Virus record (IMG/VR): IMGVR_UViG_3300025141_016157 | Location: 1 to 64,000 of that record | Strand: one strand, 5' to 3' | Origin: a virus | Length of the DNA: 64,000 nucleotides | Shown: positions 38,917 through 47,295 of the stretch, one piece after another | Position numbering within the stretch: position 1 is the stretch's first letter | How the letters are laid out: the number at the start of each line of letters is the position of its first letter | Notes under the pieces: model-generated | The model's database searches: none | Told to the model about the DNA's origin: nothing | What the model saw: only the letters and a program-made list of their open reading frames with translations | Position numbers and translations under genes: made by a program

Positions 38917-41900
38917 ATGAAACTACCTACTAACTTATCAATAAATCCCGTAAGGGACTATGCAATCGAAGCACCAAATGTTTCAAATACTTCACTTGAC
39001 AATGTTTTAAAATCAGAGCATACGTCTATGGCTTCAAGCGCTGTAGCAATTGATCAAAACTATGACAGCTTTTACTTAAATCCAAGCTTAGAATCGCTTC
39101 TAAACAAAAGAGGATTTTCAACACAAAGAGCAGAAATACTTGGAATGTTCAACTATGACCCACCATTGGCAAAATCTGAATCCGGATCATCATCAACAGA
39201 TTCATCGTTGATCATAACATCATTTGGTGAGCTATATGATTATCAGTGCCAACTTAAGCAAATGAGATACAGCGATGCATTATCATTTTTTGACCAGGTT
39301 GTTGGCTTTAATATTAGAGAATCATCAGATGGAACTAGATCCCTCTACGTCCCAGCATTTCAAAACACAAACGGAGAATCTATAGATACGCTATCTAGCC
39401 TAGAGGAGAATTATGAAAATCAAATGGAAATAGCAGATAAGGTTTTAAACTATCTTGCTGAGATATACAATGCTATTTCTGGATTCATTGATGCGCAAAA
39501 TATTTCAGATGCATATAGTACCTATATGACACTTTTAGATATAGCTGAGGTTGCATTTAAAGTTCCTGAAAATATTACACTAAGGAATCCTGTTACTAAT
39601 TCATGGAATAATATTGCAGGAATTCTGCCAGCAGGAGATATAAATGTTAGCGCACTTCCATTTCTGGATAATGAGCAGAGACTTACTGTAGGGCAATTTC
39701 TAAGAGGTGTGTTAAAAATACAAGATGATTCTGATACGTATTCTGCTCTACTTAGAGGCTCAGGAACATGCGATATGCTTAACTTGTTGCATATTATGGC
39801 AGCTGGTGCACTTGGGATAGAGGCATATGTAGGATTAAAAGAAAACGATACTGATTTTGAAACAATAAATACAAGTTATACTACTGGAAAGCTAATTGGT
39901 ACCAATGCTTATACGCCAGACTCATATCCAGATATTTTAACAAATTCAATCACTGGTGACATAGTAGAGTGGAAAGATGGAGTTGACTTTGATGTAGGTA
40001 GCTTTTTTGGTGCAGGTGTAGGTGATGCAACAGCAGATGCTACAGCTGATCCTTTTCAAGATCTAATACTAAAGAATGCTACAGGTGAAACACTTGACAT
40101 AGAGACTATTTCAATAAAACAATCTATGAATCATAACGGTACTGCTACTGATAACGGGTACTTATCAGATCTTATTCATTATGTTGGCCTTGATGAAATG
40201 CAAGTATCTGTCTTAAAGGGATCTAGCAATATCGGGGGCGTTTCAACATCATCAGTTTCGTCTATTGAAGACCTTGTAGAAAAAACAATGGGCAGGAACA
40301 TAAGTGAATCATATGATTCAATACTTGACAATCTACCTGAATCAGAAGATTGTATTACAAGGCATGTTATTACAAAAAATAGAGATACAACAACATCTGA
40401 TAGTAGGGATGCTGTAGAATCGCTGACATCTACAAACTATCAACTAGCTGGAACACTAAGTGATGTTCGATCTGGTAGATCATACTATTGTGATGAAATA
40501 CCAACAATAGAGTTTGATGAATCAATTGAAAGATTGCGCGACTTTAGAAACTCTTCTGCTAGCTTGCTATCATCAGTAAAAGATTATGCAAAGCTATCTA
40601 CATTTAAATATAGAGAATCTTATCTCAAGGATTCAAATTTTCAGTGGGGATACCTTGGAAAAGAAAGCACACTTGAAATAGTCCCAAGCACGTTTTTTCA
40701 CTATATACTGAAATCAATGAGAGATTCAATTGACACTTACATACAAGAAGATCAAGCTCATGTTGGATATGGTAATCCTACTCATGATTACAATAATTCA
40801 CTTACGTTTGTAGCAGCAGCTCTATCTACATATGATGAGGCTATAGCATATCGTGTTGCAGCACTAAATCTTTCATATGCAGATTTTGTTGACGGAAAGA
40901 TAAGCCAGTCTCAGTGGAATAGTAGAGCTAAATCTTTTGAGATTTCAGTTATCAAAAGACTAATTGAGGGACACTCTAGTGCGTGGAATGGCGGCGGCGC
41001 TTCTGGCTACGGGCACCTTATAACATATGGTAAATGCGCTGTCTCTGACGAAAAAGTCAAGCATAATGTTATATATGATCACGTGGTTGGCAACGCTAAA
41101 CTAAATAGTGATTATATTTTTAGACCATGGGACTCAGCAGGGCTTTATATTGACTCAAATGCATCAATGGCCTCAATTTTAGATACTTTCTGGAGTATGG
41201 GAGCGTCTCATGATAAAATAGAAGACATTTGGAATGTGCTTGGCGGTGCATGTAAAAATTTTGGATGGGACTCTAAATATACTAGTGATGCTCCAAGAAA
41301 TATTTTATTATCACCGTATCATGCAATGAGAAAATTTCGAGAAGATACGCGCTTAGCAAACGGAGCTGACGCACCATCCCCAGGAGATAGCGGAGCTTCG
41401 AATTCTCTAAGGTCAATCTCAGATACAAATAAGATAGTTGCATCATTTTTAGTTCAGAAAAAATTATGGAAGATAGGTCTTAAGTGTGGTCTATATATTC
41501 AAAATGAAGGACTTTTCGATATGACTAATTATTCATCTGATACAAGTGGTAGAGGAAGAATACTATATTGTTTAAACAAGAGGGGAATGACCTCATTTGT
41601 AAATGCAGTTGATTTATTTCAAAATAATCAACCCTTGGGAATGACTTTGAATGGAAAATTTTTCGCAACTAATGACGATAGTGCATATTTCGATCCAGAT
41701 ACATTACTAAACAGGAAGGGGGATTCAATAATTGATGATGATCACTATGGTAAATTTACTGCAGCTTCACCTTATGATGGGTATGGATCACCTTACTGGT
41801 CAATGGGATATGGACCGCAAATTGCAGAGATGATTGGTGTATTTAAAAATATGTTAACACCTTCAATCTGTAGAGAAAGGACTTGCCAGCTATCAATGCT

Positions 41901-43221
41901 ACTTATCGGTAGAATAATTGATCAAATAGATGGAGCATCTATTAACCTTCTAAGTGCAATAGTATCATCTGATACTCAGGAGCAGGAATATAATAATGCA
42001 CTATCTCTTGTAAAGTCAGATCCTGATTTTCAATCTTCAGCACTTCTTGGGATAACGAGAGATCAACTTACTCTTAACCGCGCAATTAAAGATTCATTTT
42101 CATCTCCAAATAGAGAGTATCCGTATCTCCCGGCATCAAAAGCTATCTTAACAAATCAGTCAAAAAATCTAACTGGATTTTTAAGTCTCGATGAAATGCT
42201 TGGAAGCAATACAGCTGGAAGAAAATTTATAGCTCCAATAGGAATACCTGCTGGGCTCGTAGAGTCACTAAGAAATAGAATGATGGATGAAACAGGCTCC
42301 ACAAAGTATAGAACTCAAGGAAACCTAGTTGAGATATCAATATGGAAAAGAGATCTCTTGCACGAAAGAACACTCTATAGTCCAAAAAAGTATGTATTTG
42401 ATATGACAAAATTTATAATAACGGGAAGGTCAGATCCAACTGCTGAGGGGGCAAATCTACTGGACGCTGCGGCAGATCCGCCAAACTCACAAGATTTTAA
42501 TACTGTAATGAGAAATGTAGTAAGTAGAAAATACTCGCCTGATGGCAATATTTCTACGACTATTGGAAAGCTTGCATATAATAATTGGGATTCAAATGAA
42601 ACTAGTTTGACATCTGAGGAAGTGTTTAAAAATCATATAGTTGATAATTATTTAAAAACATTTATGAAATTGACTTCTGGGTTTGATGTATCTGAGGATG
42701 TTTTTCCCTTTCTCGAGGGAAATGTATTTTTTGAAGGCTCAGACCCTGATCAGCAGGACCTTCTAGAATCTCTTTCAAAAACGGCAGAAGAGCTGTTTGT
42801 TGATAGAGACGCAGAGACAGCATTAAACTACAAGCGATTAATTGGAGAGATTACAAGATCAGTATATCTAAGTCCAGAAAAATATAGAAATAGAATAATA
42901 TACCCTAAGATATTTGATAGAGTTTTTTGTATAATGATCGACCCAGACGACTTTGAAATTTCAGATTCTATGTTTGATGGCGGGCCAGCTGACAGGGGTC
43001 CTGATCTTGGTTTTTTAGAATTTTCAGGTAATACAGATGAATATACACAATACTACTGCACAATTTCGATTTTGCCACCCTTGACTTGGGAGGACTATAC
43101 CTTTCGTGATTCTGGAACAGGTGAGGTTGAATCATCAGCACCTGTAGAAATGAGAGAAGTTGAAATTGATGTAAGTGATGCTGTATTGGGTGCAGATAAT
43201 ATAAAAGATAAGTTTCTATAA
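38917..43221 (+). CDS. large acidic hypothetical (probably virion) protein
   Basis: 1434-aa uninterrupted ORF with no recognisable catalytic motif. Confidence 0.6.
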   Translation: MKLPTNLSINPVRDYAIEAPNVSNTSLDNVLKSEHTSMASSAVAIDQNYDSFYLNPSLESLLNKRGFSTQRAEILGMFNYDPPLAKSESGSSSTDSSLIITSFGELYDYQCQLKQMRYSDALSFFDQVVGFNIRESSDGTRSLYVPAFQNTNGESIDTLSSLEENYENQMEIADKVLNYLAEIYNAISGFIDAQNISDAYSTYMTLLDIAEVAFKVPENITLRNPVTNSWNNIAGILPAGDINVSALPFLDNEQRLTVGQFLRGVLKIQDDSDTYSALLRGSGTCDMLNLLHIMAAGALGIEAYVGLKENDTDFETINTSYTTGKLIGTNAYTPDSYPDILTNSITGDIVEWKDGVDFDVGSFFGAGVGDATADATADPFQDLILKNATGETLDIETISIKQSMNHNGTATDNGYLSDLIHYVGLDEMQVSVLKGSSNIGGVSTSSVSSIEDLVEKTMGRNISESYDSILDNLPESEDCITRHVITKNRDTTTSDSRDAVESLTSTNYQLAGTLSDVRSGRSYYCDEIPTIEFDESIERLRDFRNSSASLLSSVKDYAKLSTFKYRESYLKDSNFQWGYLGKESTLEIVPSTFFHYILKSMRDSIDTYIQEDQAHVGYGNPTHDYNNSLTFVAAALSTYDEAIAYRVAALNLSYADFVDGKISQSQWNSRAKSFEISVIKRLIEGHSSAWNGGGASGYGHLITYGKCAVSDEKVKHNVIYDHVVGNAKLNSDYIFRPWDSAGLYIDSNASMASILDTFWSMGASHDKIEDIWNVLGGACKNFGWDSKYTSDAPRNILLSPYHAMRKFREDTRLANGADAPSPGDSGASNSLRSISDTNKIVASFLVQKKLWKIGLKCGLYIQNEGLFDMTNYSSDTSGRGRILYCLNKRGMTSFVNAVDLFQNNQPLGMTLNGKFFATNDDSAYFDPDTLLNRKGDSIIDDDHYGKFTAASPYDGYGSPYWSMGYGPQIAEMIGVFKNMLTPSICRERTCQLSMLLIGRIIDQIDGASINLLSAIVSSDTQEQEYNNALSLVKSDPDFQSSALLGITRDQLTLNRAIKDSFSSPNREYPYLPASKAILTNQSKNLTGFLSLDEMLGSNTAGRKFIAPIGIPAGLVESLRNRMMDETGSTKYRTQGNLVEISIWKRDLLHERTLYSPKKYVFDMTKFIITGRSDPTAEGANLLDAAADPPNSQDFNTVMRNVVSRKYSPDGNISTTIGKLAYNNWDSNETSLTSEEVFKNHIVDNYLKTFMKLTSGFDVSEDVFPFLEGNVFFEGSDPDQQDLLESLSKTAEELFVDRDAETALNYKRLIGEITRSVYLSPEKYRNRIIYPKIFDRVFCIMIDPDDFEISDSMFDGGPADRGPDLGFLEFSGNTDEYTQYYCTISILPPLTWEDYTFRDSGTGEVESSAPVEMREVEIDVSDAVLGADNIKDKFL

Positions 43222-43242
43222 GATTTTCGCAAGAGGGAAAAA

Positions 43243-45243
43243 ATGTCAGCAGTAATAAATACAAACCTAGAAGATAAAACAAAAATAGCATCTGATGATA
43301 GTGTTGAAACTTTTGCAGAAATGCTTGCTACTGAGCTAGGCTACGCAGGTTCATCTACTTACGTTTCTACGCCTGTGACATTTATCGATCTTGATGAAGT
43401 CAATAGCATTACATCAGAGTTTTTCTATAATTACTACACAAAAGATGAAAGAACAGTATCAACTGGAAAGTCGACAATTATAGATATAAGCTCAAATGAT
43501 CAAGATGTTGAATTTATAAAAAATCAGAGTAGAATGCCAAGGTCAGTTCTTTTAAAAATTAAATCACGAGAAAAACAAGCTTTTGGAGAAACAAGCTATC
43601 TTGGTAATTTTGCAAATTCCAATATAAACGGTAGATTTATCTCTAATAATATAGATAAGATAGTTTTTGAAGGTGCAGTTGCAAATTCACGATTTTCAAC
43701 TGTAATATTAAAAGATAATCAGATTGATGAAACTTTCTATAATCAGATAACGGGATCAATAGCATTTGATGATTCTTTTTCAAAAACTGATACTAATAGT
43801 CAATTTGTAAATGATTTGTGCGAAAAATATTTCTCACCAACTGCAGAAGCAACCCAGTCTCCCTCAACAATAAGACGAGCATTTTCAAATTTACAACCAG
43901 CTGGTGTTGCATATGCACCAACTGATGCAAGGCTTGAAAGTATAACAGAGGCAATGAGAGATGTTCGGTTTGTAGAAATAGGATTTTCAATTAATCACGC
44001 AGTTATAAACAACATGATATTAGGAAGCGTCGAAGATATGGGAAATATTTATCAGGATGAGCTTTTATCCCTAGCGGATAATGCAAAAGCAATTCAACAA
44101 AAATATGTTTCAGAAATGTCTCCATCTGTCATAGATTCTGCTGATTTTGAAATGGAAATGGCACCTATATACACTGTTACAGTAGATCAGGCTGAATCTC
44201 AAGGTCTAAATGTTAATGAATCTTCTTACCCGATAGGATTTTATATTGAAAAGGTTGAGTTTTTTACAGATGAAAACGGAATAATGACTTCAAGAAATAT
44301 GGATCCAATAGTGGTAGATTCATATGGAAGCTTTACAATTCTTGATTCTGACATAAAATATGGAGCAACATATGTCTATAATACGAAGATAATATATCTA
44401 ACAGCATATGAGGCAACAGCAATAGATCCATCTGGCGATTCGCCAGATGAAGTAGTCTTTGCCATAAGCATGGTTGCATCTGAAGGTAAAAAGACTCAAG
44501 TTGCCTGCTTAGAAAATATTCCTCCAAATCCACCCCAAAATTTAAGATTTAACTATAACTTTATGTCTAATTGTCTTGATATATTCTGGGAAGAGCCGGT
44601 AAATCCGCAAAGAGATGTTGTTAGATATCAGATATTTAGAAGAAAAAATACAAGCCAGTCGTTTGTATTGCTTTGTGAATTAGATTTTGATAATTCAACA
44701 TCAAGGGTTGTACCGCTAGAGACTGCGCCAGAAGATAAAATAATTAGAGTAACAGGTCCAAGAAAGCTTTTCAGAGATAAATCATTTGAAAAAGATTCAG
44801 ACTACATATATGCTCTTGCGTGTGTAGATGCAAGAGGGCTAACCTCATCTTACTCTGAGCAAGTAAAAGTAAGGTTTAATAGATTCAAAAATAAAATAGA
44901 AAGACAAAGGATATCTGCGCCAGGTGCTCCCAAACCATATCCCAATCTATATTTAAAAAGAGATCTGTTCGTCGATAGCATGAATTCTTCAGGTGCTAGA
45001 AGAATGAGAGTTTTCTTTGACCCTGAGTATGCTGATCTTGTTAGAACTGTTATACAGGATGCAGGAGACGGATCACAAAACAATGTAGATTCATCTCTTG
45101 ATCTAATATCAAATAATTATAAAATTCAAATGATAAATTTAGATCTTCAGAATTCACAAGTGTTCAATATAGATATAATAGATAATACAGGGCCAGCATT
45201 AGAGGTTCCTGTAACATCTGCAACAATTAAAAGCATACTGTAA
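43243..45243 (+). CDS. fibronectin type III domain virion protein
   Basis: PPNPPQNL...IFWEEP...VVRYQIFRR...YIYALACVDARGLTSSYS. Confidence 0.7.
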   Translation: MSAVINTNLEDKTKIASDDSVETFAEMLATELGYAGSSTYVSTPVTFIDLDEVNSITSEFFYNYYTKDERTVSTGKSTIIDISSNDQDVEFIKNQSRMPRSVLLKIKSREKQAFGETSYLGNFANSNINGRFISNNIDKIVFEGAVANSRFSTVILKDNQIDETFYNQITGSIAFDDSFSKTDTNSQFVNDLCEKYFSPTAEATQSPSTIRRAFSNLQPAGVAYAPTDARLESITEAMRDVRFVEIGFSINHAVINNMILGSVEDMGNIYQDELLSLADNAKAIQQKYVSEMSPSVIDSADFEMEMAPIYTVTVDQAESQGLNVNESSYPIGFYIEKVEFFTDENGIMTSRNMDPIVVDSYGSFTILDSDIKYGATYVYNTKIIYLTAYEATAIDPSGDSPDEVVFAISMVASEGKKTQVACLENIPPNPPQNLRFNYNFMSNCLDIFWEEPVNPQRDVVRYQIFRRKNTSQSFVLLCELDFDNSTSRVVPLETAPEDKIIRVTGPRKLFRDKSFEKDSDYIYALACVDARGLTSSYSEQVKVRFNRFKNKIERQRISAPGAPKPYPNLYLKRDLFVDSMNSSGARRMRVFFDPEYADLVRTVIQDAGDGSQNNVDSSLDLISNNYKIQMINLDLQNSQVFNIDIIDNTGPALEVPVTSATIKSIL

Positions 45244-45306
45244 GTTAATGATTAGATTTACAGAAGTTATTTATCGTAATATATAATGATGTAAGGAGTT
45301 TATAAA

Positions 45307-46014
45307 GTGGGATTTTTAGATCATTCAACAAACAACATAATTCTTGATGCTGTGCTAACTGACAAAGGTCGTCAGCTATTGGCTAACGGTGTCGGAAATT
45401 TTTCAATAGCAAAATTTGCGCTAGCAGACGATGAAGTTGACTATAACATTATAGAGCAGTTTGGAAGAACTGTGGGAAAAGAAAAGATTGAGAAGAATAC
45501 ACCTGTTTTAGAAGCGTGTACTACTGGATATCTTGGAGTAAAATACAGAAACCTAAGTCTTAATAATAATAGTCTTTCTGTTCTTCCCACACTAACACTG
45601 GAAACTACTCTTAAAGATGGTGCAATTACAGTATACAGGGGATCAATAGGGGGTGCCGGAGTATCATCCGTAACCCTAAAACAGACAGCGCCAAATGGTG
45701 TAACAATAGATAGTGATAATACAGATTATTCATTCAGAGTAACAGTTGATAATCTATTTCTTGCAATACAGGGTTACGTCCCTGAAACTGTTGACAACTA
45801 CAACATTGCAACATATACTATTCCAGCAAATGCTGCAATAGATTCAGCAAATTTATCACAGGTAACATTTTCAATTATTGCTAAAAGCGTATCTCAGGAT
45901 GTTTTTGATACATATTCGTATACATCTGCACAGGCTTCAACAGTCTCAAGAGTTGTAACAGTCTCTGGGTATAATTCAGGACAGTTTGCAAGCTTTAATG
46001 TTGATGTTAATTAA
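45307..46014 (+). CDS. baseplate/tail-collar-associated protein
   Basis: AAGGAG RBS; VLTDKGRQLLA...IAKFALADDEVDY resembles the N-terminal part of tail-collar (DUF3751-like) domains. Confidence 0.6.
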   Translation: MGFLDHSTNNIILDAVLTDKGRQLLANGVGNFSIAKFALADDEVDYNIIEQFGRTVGKEKIEKNTPVLEACTTGYLGVKYRNLSLNNNSLSVLPTLTLETTLKDGAITVYRGSIGGAGVSSVTLKQTAPNGVTIDSDNTDYSFRVTVDNLFLAIQGYVPETVDNYNIATYTIPANAAIDSANLSQVTFSIIAKSVSQDVFDTYSYTSAQASTVSRVVTVSGYNSGQFASFNVDVN

Positions 46015-46029
46015 GAGGAAAAGAAGTAA

Positions 46030-47286
46030 GTGAGTACATTTAAACAGTTAAACGCAGCAACAGATATAAAGTCTTCAAGATCAGTTCTTAACCAGCTTGT
46101 TGATATAATTGAAGAAAATATTTCAGGAAGCTTTTATAGAAAAAAATATGAAGTATTTGTAACAGGGGGCGTTGGACCAGGTGTGACATCGTCACTCTTT
46201 CAAACATGCTTTGATCAAGACTATACATTGCAAACTGCAAACGCATTTATGGATATGTCAGTTGGATTATTTTCAGGATCAGACCTTGTATTTAGTGCAT
46301 CTACCGGTATAGACACAAGCGGAAAAGTTTTGTTTCAATCTACATCTATAATGATGAGAGAGAAGGTATCCGGATATAAGCAATTTGCACAATTACTTCT
46401 AGGGAATGCAGAAAGTAGGTTTACAGCACCGTTTGCAGGAACAACTCTTGAAGAGGATAATATTGATGAAGCTCTATTTTTAAACTTTAAGAGATTATTT
46501 TCAAGAGATAAGATAAAGAGAGATTCTTTTGCAATGAGATTTTATAGGTCTGCATCTCACAGCCTTGATATCCATAAGCCAAATTTATGGGAAACATCGG
46601 AAAGTGGATCAGAGATTTTCTCAGATGTAGGATCTTCTGCAAATGTCCAGTCTAGCTTTGGCGGCGAGGTTGGAAATATTGTCAATGCATCTAATACTGG
46701 TGAAACTGTAGGATTGCTTTTTTATCAAAAGGGTATTGCAGTTCTAGATGTCAAGAAGATAATATCGGGATCAGAACACGTATCGGGAACTATATCTGCT
46801 GTAACTAATGCTACTCTTCCGTCAGGATTGGGCAAAGTTTGCCTTGGATACGGGCGCACTACAGCTACGGTCCCAAGCGACGAAATACCTGGCACAAATG
46901 CATATGCCAGGTTCATACCAGATCTTCTCACCTCAGCATCAGTTGATGATATAGTTGATCATTTTGCATCTTGCAGGATGTCATCTGGGTCAAACACAGC
47001 AATTACATTTCAAAACTTAACTAATATTAACTCTACTCTTGTTTTTTGCAGAGCAACGGCAGATGAATTCAACTATTCATCAAATCCAACTTATGTCAAT
47101 CCAGCTACTAATAAGATTAGAGTTATAGAATCAGGAAACGAGTCTACCCAGCATGCATTCTCATATATTACTACTGTTGGTCTCTACGACGAAAATGATA
47201 ATTTAATAGCAGTTGCAAAGACGTCTAGACCGATAGAGAAGAACGATGAGAAGGATATAACTATTAGGGTAAGGCTTGACTTCTAG
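46030..47286 (+). CDS. baseplate/tail-collar-associated protein
   Basis: C-terminal FNYSSNPTY...YITTVGLYDENDNLIAVAK...IRVRLDF. Confidence 0.65.
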   Translation: MSTFKQLNAATDIKSSRSVLNQLVDIIEENISGSFYRKKYEVFVTGGVGPGVTSSLFQTCFDQDYTLQTANAFMDMSVGLFSGSDLVFSASTGIDTSGKVLFQSTSIMMREKVSGYKQFAQLLLGNAESRFTAPFAGTTLEEDNIDEALFLNFKRLFSRDKIKRDSFAMRFYRSASHSLDIHKPNLWETSESGSEIFSDVGSSANVQSSFGGEVGNIVNASNTGETVGLLFYQKGIAVLDVKKIISGSEHVSGTISAVTNATLPSGLGKVCLGYGRTTATVPSDEIPGTNAYARFIPDLLTSASVDDIVDHFASCRMSSGSNTAITFQNLTNINSTLVFCRATADEFNYSSNPTYVNPATNKIRVIESGNESTQHAFSYITTVGLYDENDNLIAVAKTSRPIEKNDEKDITIRVRLDF

Positions 47287-47295
47287 AGTCTTGTC

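Noticed and set aside
46012-46032. Readthrough fusing 45307 and 46030 to rebuild the split tail-collar domain
   Set aside because: Two in-frame TAA stops intervene and the downstream gene has its own GAGG RBS.
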